Below are positions 17,502 through 26,465 of a stretch of DNA of 30,217 nt, one piece after another (within the stretch, counting starts at the first letter, position 1; each line of letters begins with the position of its first letter). The stretch covers positions 1 to 30,217 of the forward strand of contig JAYGFR010000139.1 in assembly GCA_046581755.1 (NCBI GenBank), read 5' to 3'. The position numbers and the translations under genes were made by a program. The DNA is from Nitrospinota bacterium (lineage in GTDB: Bacteria > UBA8248). The notes under the pieces were generated by a model that saw only the letters and a list, made by a program, of their open reading frames with translations, was not told where the DNA came from and did not search any database.

Positions 17502-18518
17502 TCACTTATACGTAAACGGCTTCCGCTCCCCCTTCTCGCCAATTCTATTCGCCATGACGCCGAGGGGGCCCATGTCGATCTCGACGAGATCGCCGGGCTG
17601 GATCCAGCGCTCAATCTCCATGCCGCAGCCGCCGGGAACGGTGCCGGAGCCGAGGAGGTCGCCGGTGAGCATGTTCTCATCGCGCGAGGAGTAGGAAAGC
17701 ATCTGCTCGAAGGTCCAGTACATCTCACCCGGGGTGGCCTCGATCCAGGTCTCGCCGTTGACGCGCGCGGCCATGGGGATTTCGGACGGTGGGCCGAGTT
17801 CGTCCGGGGTGACGATCCAGGGGCCGAAGCTCCAGCACCAGTCTTTGCTCTTGTAGGGTCCGGTGCTCATCGCCATCTCGCCCGTTTGTACGTCGCGGGC
17901 GCTCCAATCGTTCAGGATCGCGTAGCCCAGGATGTGGCTCCCGGCGTCTTCTTCTGAAATGTCCCTCCCGGGTTTTCCGACCACGGCGCAAAATTCGAGC
18001 TCGAAATCCATTCTTTCGGTGAAGCTCGGCCAGGGGATAATCTCCCCTGGCCCGGCCATGTGGGCGCAGCTCGACTTGAAGCAAAGGGGCCGCTCGTACC
18101 AGGTGTCGGGAATTTCGAGGCCCATCTTCTCGAAGGTGGCCTTGAGGTGGCGCTCGAAGCCCGCGAAGCCGCGAATCAACGGCGGGCGGGGAATGGGGGG
18201 CAGCAGCCGGACCTCGTCGGGCCGGTAGAGGATCTGCTCCCCGCGCGGGCCCTCGGCCTCCGGGGTGTCGTGCAGAAATTCCAGCGACTCGGCGGCCGCC
18301 TCGAGGGAGGATTCTCCCGCGGCGGCGAAGGCGAGCATCTCGGCGGGGATAATCGCGCCGGCCATCTCCTGGGGCCGGGGGGAGCCTTCTTTGGCCAGGC
18401 TTGCGGCGAGGGCGAAGTTGAGGTCAGCATAGGCGATCTCCCCGCCGCTTTCGATAACCGCGCCCAGGCGGGTGAAGGGCCCCACGGGCGTCGTGACTTC
18501 AAAGGTGATGAGTTTCAT
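17502..18518 (-). CDS. Fumarylacetoacetate hydrolase-family protein
   Basis: MDFELE, ILNDWSARDVQ, KSKD, FGPWIVTPDE and GDLLGSGT. Confidence 0.93.
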   Translation of the reverse strand: MKLITFEVTTPVGPFTRLGAVIESGGEIAYADLNFALAASLAKEGSPRPQEMAGAIIPAEMLAFAAAGESSLEAAAESLEFLHDTPEAEGPRGEQILYRPDEVRLLPPIPRPPLIRGFAGFERHLKATFEKMGLEIPDTWYERPLCFKSSCAHMAGPGEIIPWPSFTERMDFELEFCAVVGKPGRDISEEDAGSHILGYAILNDWSARDVQTGEMAMSTGPYKSKDWCWSFGPWIVTPDELGPPSEIPMAARVNGETWIEATPGEMYWTFEQMLSYSSRDENMLTGDLLGSGTVPGGCGMEIERWIQPGDLVEIDMGPLGVMANRIGEKGERKPFTYK

Positions 18519-18571
18519 GCGCGCCTCATTCCGGTTGGCGGCAGCGCCGGGCGATTCGGAGCCGCCGGGGG

Positions 18572-19099
18572 TTAATTCAGGTCCACCTTGTCCCGATCGT
18601 CGGTTTCGGGGAAGGGGCCCTCCTTGATCTCGATGACCTTGGTGTCGTCCTCGAGGAACTCGACCTCGTGGCCCTCGTACATGAGGATGAGATCGTCCCG
18701 GCGCAGGATGGCGTCGCCCAGGCTCTCGCCATCTTTGGTGAAGACGCCCACGCGGATCGAGCCGCGCTGGCAGAGGAGCACCTGATGACGGGTGGTGTTG
18801 ACCGAGGGCCGCTCCTCGACGAGGTGGTAGTGGGCCTTGGTGATGGCCCCCTTGGGCCGGTTGAGGACGATGACCTGGAGGGGAATCTCGTCGTCGGTTA
18901 TGTGGGCCTTGGTGTTCCGCTCGACCTCGATGTCCTGGTCCGCGTAGGCGGCGCGGATGTGCTCTTTGGCCTCCTCGGTGTCGAGGAAGGGGGGAAACTT
19001 TGCGTAGTCCGAGAAATTTCCCTTGATGTGGATGGCGATGATGCGGCCGTCCGCCGCTTTGTAGTAGTCAACGCCCTGGCTTTCGACTTCGGGTGTCAT
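18572..19099 (-). CDS. Cupin-fold protein, WbuC-like
   Basis: KAHYH...GHEVEF...IEIKEGPF; AAGGA RBS before ATG 19099. The upstream part of the 478-aa ORF is spurious. Confidence 0.7.
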   Translation of the reverse strand: MTPEVESQGVDYYKAADGRIIAIHIKGNFSDYAKFPPFLDTEEAKEHIRAAYADQDIEVERNTKAHITDDEIPLQVIVLNRPKGAITKAHYHLVEERPSVNTTRHQVLLCQRGSIRVGVFTKDGESLGDAILRRDDLILMYEGHEVEFLEDDTKVIEIKEGPFPETDDRDKVDLN

Positions 19100-19438
19100 G
19101 GCGGATTCCTTTTGCCCCCTGGTCCGTGCGGGGGATTTCAAATGTTCACCGCGTCCCGAAGGGCCCGGCCGGTTTTTTGCGCCCAAGATGGGGGCCAGAC
19201 TGCCACGCGCCCGCCCCTCCCCGCAAGGCGCGGCGGCGGCCCCAAAAAGAAGCGCCCATTTTTCTTGCCGCGATGGCCGCTTTCTGATAACTTTGGGGAA
19301 TAGGGAGAGGAAAACCTGGAACCGCCTTCGGGGCGGATGTTTTCTGGTCTTTAGCCCCTCGGCGTCGCGGGTCTCCTTGCGGGAAGGTCCGTTTTCATTT
19401 GGTGCCGTAATCATTTTGGGAAACGGGGCCGATCGGAT

Positions 19439-19684
19439 ATGGCGGGTGCGGAGGCCTCTCAAGGGCCGCGCCGCCGCCCCTCCCGGCTCCGAAGGCAAGG
19501 CATGGGCCGAGGAATCAAGTGGCTGGTGGGGGCGCTGGGCATTTCTGTCCTGGTCCTCCTCGCCCTGAAGGGGATTTGTTCGAGTCCCCGGGATTTTCCG
19601 TCGCTGACGAAATTTTTCTGCCCTCAGCGCGGAGCCGTGGCAGGGCCGCGGCTGCCGTTGAGGACGCCCGCCCGCCGCCCTTGA
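19439..19684 (+). CDS. Possible small single-TM protein
   Basis: Basic N-terminus then WLVGALGISVLVLLALKGIC. It fills an otherwise empty 636-bp gap in the same orientation as the downstream genes. Confidence 0.4.
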   Translation: MAGAEASQGPRRRPSRLRRQGMGRGIKWLVGALGISVLVLLALKGICSSPRDFPSLTKFFCPQRGAVAGPRLPLRTPARRP

Positions 19685-19735
19685 GGCGGAAGTGGCGGCG
19701 CATTCATTCGCACCATTCATGGTGGAAGGAACGAC

Positions 19736-21190
19736 ATGCCTAACGAAGAAAGCGCAATCACGGATGCCGTAATCGAGTTCATTCTCGGGACCGAGGCCGA
19801 TTCGATCCCCGAGGATGTGAAGGCGATTTCCCGCCGCTGCTTTGTGGACGGGGCCGGGCTGATGGTGGCCGGATCCACCGACCATAGCGGCCGGATCGTC
19901 CAGGCCTACATCAAGGAATTCGGCGGGGAGCCCGAAGCGCGCATCTTCGGAACCGACATGACCGTCCCGGCGCAAACCGCGGCGTTCGCCAATGGTGTGG
20001 CCGCCCACGCGATGGACTACGACGACACCCAGCTATCGAGCTATCCGGACCGGATTTATGGCCTGCTCACCCATCCGACCACCCCTGTCCTCGCCGCCTC
20101 GATGGCCATGGCCGAGGCGCTCGGATCGACGGGCGAGGAGCTGCTCACCGCGTTCATGATCGGCTTCGAGGTCGAGTGCAAGGTGGCCGAGTGCATCAAG
20201 CCCGACCACTACATCAAGGGGTTCCACACGACTGGCACCATCGGCGCCATCGGCGCCGCAGCCGCGGCGGCCAAGCTGATGGACCTGGACGAGGGGCAGC
20301 TTCGCTTTTGCATGGGAATCGCCTGCTCGGAGAGCGCGGGGCTCCGCGCCAACTTCGGGACCATGACCAAGCCCTTCCACGCCGGGCGCGCGGCCGAAAA
20401 CGGCGTCGTCGCGGCGCGGCTCGCCGGGGGCGGCTACACCTCGGACCCGGGAGTTTTCGACGGCGAATGGGGTTTCATGCAGATCATGGGCGGCGGCTGC
20501 GACCCCGACTACCTGGTCGGCAAGCTTGGCAACCCCTGGTCGGCGGTGGATCCCGGCGTATCGATCAAGCCCTACCCGAGCGGTTCGCTCTCCCATCCCT
20601 CGATGGACGCGATGCGCGACCTCATCCTGGAGCACAACATCGAGGCCGATCAGGTGAAAAAAGTCCGCCTCGGCACCACCACCCGGATCCTCCAGCCCCT
20701 GCGCTACGACGAGCCCGAGAACGAGCTGGAGGCGAAATTCTCGATGAAGTACAGCCTGGGCATCCTGCTCCTCAACGGCGGAAGGGGCGGCATCGCCCAG
20801 TACAGGGACGATGTGGTCGCCCAGCCCGAGGTGAAGGAGGTTCTCGAGAAGATCGAGCCCTACGTGGACGAGGGGGTCGAGGCGATGGGCTACGATCTCA
20901 TCCGCTCGAAGCTCATCATCGAGATGGAGGACGGCACCGTCCACGAAAAGTTCACCGACACCTCGCGCGGCTCCCCCAAGCGCCCCATGGACCGCGAAGA
21001 GCTTTACGAGAAATTTACCGAGTGCTGCGGTCTCGTCTACGATTCGGATCAAATCGCGCGCGCCGAAGCCCTCCTCTACAAGGTGGACACCCTGGAGAGT
21101 ATTTATACGCTGATCGAAATGCTCGGCCCGAGGCAGGACGGCGAGGACCAGGCCGGCGAGGACAAAGACGCCGAGGACCAGGACGCTTGA
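19736..21190 (+). CDS. MmgE/PrpD-family protein
   Basis: AAFANGVAAHAMDYDD, HPTTPV, GFHTTGT, GTMTKPFHAG, IKPYP, AKFSMKY and RGSPKRPM. Confidence 0.93.
   Translation: MPNEESAITDAVIEFILGTEADSIPEDVKAISRRCFVDGAGLMVAGSTDHSGRIVQAYIKEFGGEPEARIFGTDMTVPAQTAAFANGVAAHAMDYDDTQLSSYPDRIYGLLTHPTTPVLAASMAMAEALGSTGEELLTAFMIGFEVECKVAECIKPDHYIKGFHTTGTIGAIGAAAAAAKLMDLDEGQLRFCMGIACSESAGLRANFGTMTKPFHAGRAAENGVVAARLAGGGYTSDPGVFDGEWGFMQIMGGGCDPDYLVGKLGNPWSAVDPGVSIKPYPSGSLSHPSMDAMRDLILEHNIEADQVKKVRLGTTTRILQPLRYDEPENELEAKFSMKYSLGILLLNGGRGGIAQYRDDVVAQPEVKEVLEKIEPYVDEGVEAMGYDLIRSKLIIEMEDGTVHEKFTDTSRGSPKRPMDREELYEKFTECCGLVYDSDQIARAEALLYKVDTLESIYTLIEMLGPRQDGEDQAGEDKDAEDQDA
21134..21187 (+). repeat. Degenerate 15-bp tandem repeat (about 3.6 copies) encoding an acidic tail
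   Basis: CAGGACGGCGAGGAC / CAGGCCGGCGAGGAC / AAAGACGCCGAGGAC / CAGGACGCT = QDGED QAGED KDAED QDA. Confidence 0.85.
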
Positions 21191-21203
21191 CGGGAGGGCG
21201 GAC

Positions 21204-21587
21204 GTGGGATTCCACAAGTGGGATGATTTTCCCCGGCGGCCGAACATCCGTAAGGGCACCTGGCGCCGGGTGATCGCCACCGAAAACGTAACGGTCCAGC
21301 GCGGGGAGATGGAGCCGGGGGTGACGTTCGACGGGAGCGTCCACCGCCACCCCGAGGATCAGATGATCATCGTGCTCGAAGGAAAAATGCGCATCCGCAT
21401 CGGGGACGAGGAGGACTGGATCGAGCCGGGCGATGTGGCCGTCATTCCAGGAAACGTATTTCACGGCGGCGTGGGCGTGGGGTCCGATGGCGCCGAGTAC
21501 ATCGAAATCATCTCGGGCGGCCGGATGGATTACCTGCCCGGATACGTCGGCCCGCCCAAGAACGAATTCAAGGGGCCGGGAGAATAA
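21204..21587 (+). CDS. Cupin-domain protein
   Basis: VHRHPEDQMIIVLEG and PGDVAVIPGNVFHG; GGAGG RBS, GTG start. Confidence 0.9.
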   Translation: MGFHKWDDFPRRPNIRKGTWRRVIATENVTVQRGEMEPGVTFDGSVHRHPEDQMIIVLEGKMRIRIGDEEDWIEPGDVAVIPGNVFHGGVGVGSDGAEYIEIISGGRMDYLPGYVGPPKNEFKGPGE

Positions 21588-21590
21588 ATC

Positions 21591-21992
21591 GTGGCCGAAG
21601 AAGCCCAGCGCATATTCGTCGTTTGCACGGACCTGATGTTTTCCGCGCGCATCCGCGAGGCGGGTTCTTCGCCGGGCGCGGTGCTCGAGTTCATCGGCAC
21701 GGAAGAAAAGTTCGACATGGCGGTGGAGAATTTCAACGCCGTGTTGTTCCTGTGCGATCTGCACCATCCCAAGCTCGGGGGCGAGGCGGCCAATGAGCTG
21801 ATCAAAAAGCTCAGAGCCTCGAAGCGGGGTAAGGACGCCTATGCCATCGCCTTCGGCAGGCACACCGAGCCCGAAATGCTCAAGGCCGCCGAGAAGGCCG
21901 GATTCGACAAGGCGATGCCGCGCTCACTTTTTGTCAAGGAAATGCCCGAGATCGTCCGGCGGGCGGCCAGCCGCATCCGGACGGCGAGTTGA
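21591..21992 (+). CDS. Stand-alone receiver (CheY-like) domain protein, atypical
   Basis: VVCTDLMFSARI, LFLCDL, IAFGRH and AGFDKAMPRS fit the receiver topology. Confidence 0.65.
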   Translation: MAEEAQRIFVVCTDLMFSARIREAGSSPGAVLEFIGTEEKFDMAVENFNAVLFLCDLHHPKLGGEAANELIKKLRASKRGKDAYAIAFGRHTEPEMLKAAEKAGFDKAMPRSLFVKEMPEIVRRAASRIRTAS

Positions 21993-22330
21993 GCGCCGGG
22001 CCGCGCCCGAACCCCGAGCCGTCTTCGGAAAGCTTAATCTACTGGATCGAAGTACCTTCCGACAAACAGCATTTCATCCAGGGAATCCTGGACGGGAGCG
22101 ACGGGACCGGCTACTACCAGACCATGACGCACGGCTGGGGCCAGCGGGACGGGGGGATCACCTCGCTGGCCCGCATCACCTCCACCGAGGACGGGCGCGG
22201 GGAGATGGAGGGTCTGCTCGAAACCTTCGCCGCCAGTTACGGGGTGCGGCTCCTGGATGAGGCGCCCGGCCTCCCCCCGGATTCGCAGCCGCCTTCCCGG
22301 AAGGCCGGGAGCAAAATCGAACCATTCTGA
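21989..22330 (+). CDS. Small hypothetical protein, DUF4911-like
   Basis: TTGA overlap with the upstream stop; IEVPSDKQHFIQGILDGSDGTGYYQT resembles the DUF4911 pattern. Confidence 0.5.
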   Translation: MSAGPRPNPEPSSESLIYWIEVPSDKQHFIQGILDGSDGTGYYQTMTHGWGQRDGGITSLARITSTEDGRGEMEGLLETFAASYGVRLLDEAPGLPPDSQPPSRKAGSKIEPF

Positions 22331-22362
22331 GCCGGTTTGTCCAAGCGAAAGGAGGCGTCCGG

Positions 22363-23235
22363 ATGAAAACATGGCGCTGCGCCTGGACCGGATTCGCCCC
22401 AATATCTTTGGCGGTCTCTCTGGCAGTCTCTCTGGTGGCCTTTCTGCTGGCCTATCCGCCGCCGGCGCCCGGTGCGGAAATCCTGAAACTCGCCACCACA
22501 ACGAGCACGCAATTCACGGGTCTTCTCGATCGCCTGCACCCTCCCTTCGAGAAAAAATTCAGGGTGCGCATTCATACCATCGCCGTGGGGACAGGCAAGG
22601 CGCTGCGGCTTGGCCAGAACGGGGATGTGGACGTGGTCCTCGTTCACGCGCCCGCGGCGGAGAAGGCGTTCGTCTCGAAAGGGTACGGGGTGAACCGGCG
22701 CGGCGTGATGTACAACGATTTCGTGATCGTGGGGCCGGCTCCGGATCCCGCGGGCGTCGCCGGGACGCGCGGCGTATCGGCGGCCCTCCAAAAAATTGCC
22801 GCCCTGCGGGTCAAATGGGTCAGCCGGGGAGACGATTCCGGAACGCACAAGAAAGAAAAAATTCTCTGGCGGAAAGCGGGTCTTTCGACCTCCGGCGAAT
22901 GGTACCGCTCCCTCGGCCAGGGAATGGGCAAGACTCTCCAAATCGCCGATGAGATGAATGCCTACACATTGAGCGACCGGGGGTCCTTTCTCTTCTTCGA
23001 GGCGCGCGGAAAGGTGGACCTGCGGATACTAGTGGAAGGGAGCAAATCCCTTCTCAACCCCTATGGAGTGATCGCCGTGAACTCCAATCGCCATCCCCAT
23101 GTGCACTACGATCTGGCGATGAAATACATCCGCTTTCTCACCTCCGCCCAGGGGCAGGAGCTCATCGGCTCCTTCCGCGTGAAGGGGAAAAAGCTGTTTC
23201 ATCCCTCCGCGGCCCCCGCCCGGCCGGGAAACTGA
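22363..23235 (+). CDS. tupA: Tungstate ABC transporter substrate-binding protein
   Basis: Signal peptide, TTTS signature (LATTTSTQFTGLLD), AVGTGKAL, MYNDFVIVGP, SRGDDSGTH and YTLSDRG. Confidence 0.95.
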   Translation: MKTWRCAWTGFAPISLAVSLAVSLVAFLLAYPPPAPGAEILKLATTTSTQFTGLLDRLHPPFEKKFRVRIHTIAVGTGKALRLGQNGDVDVVLVHAPAAEKAFVSKGYGVNRRGVMYNDFVIVGPAPDPAGVAGTRGVSAALQKIAALRVKWVSRGDDSGTHKKEKILWRKAGLSTSGEWYRSLGQGMGKTLQIADEMNAYTLSDRGSFLFFEARGKVDLRILVEGSKSLLNPYGVIAVNSNRHPHVHYDLAMKYIRFLTSAQGQELIGSFRVKGKKLFHPSAAPARPGN

Positions 23236-23259
23236 CCGGCCGGAATTTTTGGGGAACGT

Positions 23260-23988
23260 GTGATCGCCGCACTGTTTTTTTTCGTAGCGATGATGTACTC
23301 CAGCGTGGGGTTAGGCGGCGGCTCCTCCTACACCGCCCTGTTGGCCATATTCGATGTGAACTATGTTCTGATACCCACCACCTCGCTCATGCTGAACGTC
23401 ACCGTCACCAGCCTCGGGGCCGCGAATTTTTGGCGGGGCGGGCACGTGCGCTGGGGGCTGATCGCGCCCTTTCTCGTCTCCTCGATTCCGCTGGCCTACC
23501 TGGGCGGGAGCATCGCGCTCTCGAAACAGGCCTTCTACATTCTCCTGCTCGTCACCCTCGTCACCCTCGTCGTGCGAATCTATTTTTTCGACGGCCTCCG
23601 CATCTCCCTCAGGCTGGAGGGCGCACAGAAGATCGTTTTCTCGCTCGCCCTGGGCGGGGCGCTCGGTTTCATCGCCGGGACGGTGGGGATCGGCGGCGGG
23701 ATTTACCTTGTGCCCCTCATCGTGATGTTTGGGCTGGGGGCGGAAAAAGAGGCGGCGGCCACGGGCTCGATATTCATCTGGGTAAACTCGATCGCGGGGC
23801 TCTTCTCGCGGATGCAGCGCGGAGCGTTCGATATGGAGTGGATTCTGCCCCTGGTGGCGGCGGTCGCCGCGGGAGGCTTCCTGGGCTCCTACATGGGCTC
23901 GTTCCGCTTTCCGCCGCGGACGGTCCAGAAGCTGATGGGGGTGGTCATCATTATTGCCATCGTTTTTTTGGTCCGAAGGCTCTTTTAG
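23260..23988 (+). CDS. TauE/SafE (TSUP) family membrane protein
   Basis: YSSVGLGGGSSY and GTVGIGGGIYLVP internal repeat motifs; about 8 TM segments. Confidence 0.92.
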   Translation: MIAALFFFVAMMYSSVGLGGGSSYTALLAIFDVNYVLIPTTSLMLNVTVTSLGAANFWRGGHVRWGLIAPFLVSSIPLAYLGGSIALSKQAFYILLLVTLVTLVVRIYFFDGLRISLRLEGAQKIVFSLALGGALGFIAGTVGIGGGIYLVPLIVMFGLGAEKEAAATGSIFIWVNSIAGLFSRMQRGAFDMEWILPLVAAVAAGGFLGSYMGSFRFPPRTVQKLMGVVIIIAIVFLVRRLF

Positions 23989-24201
23989 GGGAAAAAGCGG
24001 GAGCGCCGCCTGCTGGTGTCTGGCATCGTCTCCGAAGCGGCATACCGGCTCGTTTATGAGAGGGCGGCGGCGGTATAATCCCGCCCTGGGCCGGAAAGCT
24101 TCAAGAAACGGACGGATCGGCGGCGAAATCTCCAGCGCGGGGGCGCCGGCCGCAAATTCCGGCGCTAACCGCGGGGAGCGGGGGGGGGGGGCGGGAGCGA
24201 G

Positions 24202-24888
24202 ATGGATTTTCTTCTCGAGGGAATCCGGGACGGCATCTACCTGGCGCTGAGCGGCGATCCCGATGTGATGCGTGCATCCTGGGTCACCGTCCGGGTGAGC
24301 TTCGGTGCGACGGCGGTGGCCGGTCTGATCGGATTGCCCATTGGCTGGGTGCTGGCCTCCCACCGCTTCCCGGGCCGGGGGGCCGCCATATCGGTGATCC
24401 AGACCCTTCTCGGATTTCCCACGGTCGTGATCGGCCTGGTCGTCTACGGCCTGTTGTCCCGGCGGGGGCCGTTGGGATTTGCCAACCTCCTGTTCACTCC
24501 CACCGCCATCGTGATTGGCCTGGTGATTCTTTCGGTTCCGATCATTTCGGTATTCACGATGACGGCCATCTCCTCGGTGGACGCGCGCGCGCGGGAGACG
24601 GCCCTGACGCTGGGTGCCTCGCCCCGCCTGGCCGCCTGGACGGTTCTCCGCGAGGCGCGCTTCGGACTCATCGCCGCCATCCTGGGGGCGTTCGGGCGGG
24701 TTTCCTCGGAGGTGGGCATCGCGATGATGCTGGGCGGCAACATCAGGGGCTATACGCGGACGCTGACCACCGGCATCGCCCTGGAAAACATGAAAGGGGA
24801 ATTCGGGTTCGGGATCGCCCTGGGCGTGGTGCTCATGGCCATTATTTTCATCACTAATCTCGGCACGCGAATTTTACAGAAATCCTAA
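24202..24888 (+). CDS. tupB: Tungstate ABC transporter permease
   Basis: FPGR, PTVVIGL, LLFTPTA, FGRVSSEVG and MMLGGNIRGYTRTLTT. Confidence 0.94.
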   Translation: MDFLLEGIRDGIYLALSGDPDVMRASWVTVRVSFGATAVAGLIGLPIGWVLASHRFPGRGAAISVIQTLLGFPTVVIGLVVYGLLSRRGPLGFANLLFTPTAIVIGLVILSVPIISVFTMTAISSVDARARETALTLGASPRLAAWTVLREARFGLIAAILGAFGRVSSEVGIAMMLGGNIRGYTRTLTTGIALENMKGEFGFGIALGVVLMAIIFITNLGTRILQKS

Positions 24889-25541
24889 TGAATACATTTC
24901 GTCTCGAAGATATCCAGGTGAGCTTCAACGGCGATGTCGTGCTCGATATCGCCGAGCTCGATATCGCCCCGGGCACCGTCACCTCGATCTCGGGGCCCAA
25001 CGGAGCCGGGAAGACGACCCTCCTCCGGGTGATGGCCGGGCTTCTCCGGCCCGGCCGGGGCCGCGTCGCCTACATGGGCGAGCCCGTAGTCTATGGCGGC
25101 GGGGGGGTGGGCCACCGGCGGCGCGTAACACTGCTTCATCAGGACCCGTTCATGTTCCGGGGCCCGGTGATCGCCAACGCCGCCTTCGGGGCGGCCGCGC
25201 GGGGGATGAGCCGGGCCGAGGGCGAAGCCGAAGCCCGCCGGGCGCTCGAGACGGTGGGCTGCGCCCATCTGGCCGAACGAGTTGCCGGGGCGCTTTCGGG
25301 GGGGGAGCGAAAGCGGGTGGCGATGGCGCGCGCCCTGGCCACGGGCGCCGAGACCCTGCTTCTGGACGAGCCAGCGGCCGGGGTGGACGCCGAGAACACC
25401 GAACGGCTCCGGGAGATCATCGCCGGCCTGGCCGGGTCGGGCAAGACAATCGTCATGAGCTCTCACCAGCCCGATTGGGCGGCCTCAATCGCGAGCGAGA
25501 GCGTCCGGATCGCCTACGGAAAAATCGAGCCCGGCGGGTGA
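24888..25541 (+). CDS. tupC: Tungstate ABC transporter ATP-binding protein
   Basis: Walker A GPNGAGKT, signature LSGGE, Walker B LLLDEP and H-loop SSH; TAATG overlap with tupB. Confidence 0.9.
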   Translation: MNTFRLEDIQVSFNGDVVLDIAELDIAPGTVTSISGPNGAGKTTLLRVMAGLLRPGRGRVAYMGEPVVYGGGGVGHRRRVTLLHQDPFMFRGPVIANAAFGAAARGMSRAEGEAEARRALETVGCAHLAERVAGALSGGERKRVAMARALATGAETLLLDEPAAGVDAENTERLREIIAGLAGSGKTIVMSSHQPDWAASIASESVRIAYGKIEPGG

Positions 25542-26284
25542 GTTTCCCCGCCGAACAGGCTGGCCTCCGAAGGCCCGCCCTCCCATTTGGGAAATTTCCG
25601 GATGTAGTAGTCCACGGCGCCCATCTCGAAAACGAGGGGGTCGTCGTAATCCGTGTGGGGCTTTTGAGTGGCGTGGCAGGCCTCGGCCCGCCGCCGGACG
25701 CCGGCGCGAGAGCGGGCGTCGATGATGGTCGTATAGTCGTCCCGGTAAATCAGGTCGGGCCGCGCCAGGGCCTCCCGGCGGTGGGCGGGGATCACCCGCC
25801 AATAGAGGCGCGAGGGGGCGGAGGCGCTCCCCCCCGGTCGCATCCCGCCCGCCCGGATCCTGTGAAACGCCTCGGTGGCCCATGCGGATACGGCGAGATG
25901 GTCGGGATGGCCCGTGACGCCATCGTCCGAGTGGGTGACGACCACCTCCGGCGAGATGTCCTCGAAGGCCTCCATCAGACGGGCGATCGCTTCTTCGGCG
26001 TCCACCCCGCTCAGCCCGCCGTCGGGATAATCCCACTGCTCGAGGCGCGAGATTCCGAGAACGCCGCATGCCGCGCGAAGCTCGGCCGCGCGCACCTCCC
26101 CCAACTCTCCGGGCGCGCACACACCGTTCGTTTCCCCCGCCTCCCCCCGCGTGAAGCAGACGAGGCTCATCGAAACCCCCCGGCCCGCGTACAAAGAGAT
26201 GGTTCCGGGATCTCCGAACGATTCATCGTCCGGATGCGCGTAGACGTTCAAAACGCCCCGGACCGGGGGCGGAGACGGGTTCAT
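25514..26284 (-). CDS. PIG-L/LmbE-family deacetylase
   Basis: AHPDDE, TRGEAG, R..EL..A...LG, YPDG and GHPDH. Likely start is ATG 26284; an extended -10 (TGcTATACT) lies on the minus strand at 26336-26344. Confidence 0.92.
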   Translation of the reverse strand: MNPSPPPVRGVLNVYAHPDDESFGDPGTISLYAGRGVSMSLVCFTRGEAGETNGVCAPGELGEVRAAELRAACGVLGISRLEQWDYPDGGLSGVDAEEAIARLMEAFEDISPEVVVTHSDDGVTGHPDHLAVSAWATEAFHRIRAGGMRPGGSASAPSRLYWRVIPAHRREALARPDLIYRDDYTTIIDARSRAGVRRRAEACHATQKPHTDYDDPLVFEMGAVDYYIRKFPKWEGGPSEASLFGGETHPPGSIFP

Positions 26285-26465
26285 CGAAACCTCGATTCCT
26301 TTGAGCGGCGGGGAATTCCCGCCGGGCCGGGCGGGAGTATAGCAAAATTCCCGAACGGGTTCAGGAGCTATGAAACCTATTGAAATATCATGGTTTATAA
26401 AATTGGACCAAAATGATAGGGTGCCCCGGAATAGATAGAAACCCATTCCGCCAGGAGCCGAACGA

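Noticed and set aside
19100..20008. N-terminal 303 aa of the 478-aa ORF 18572..20008
   Set aside because: It overlaps the PrpD-family gene antisense. The real start is ATG 19099 with an RBS, where composition becomes protein-like.
21134..21187. CRISPR-like array
   Set aside because: In-frame coding tandem repeats with no spacers and no cas genes in the window.
26404..26419. TGGACC half-site upstream of mltD as a third TetR operator
   Set aside because: The second half-site is absent, so a chance match is likely.
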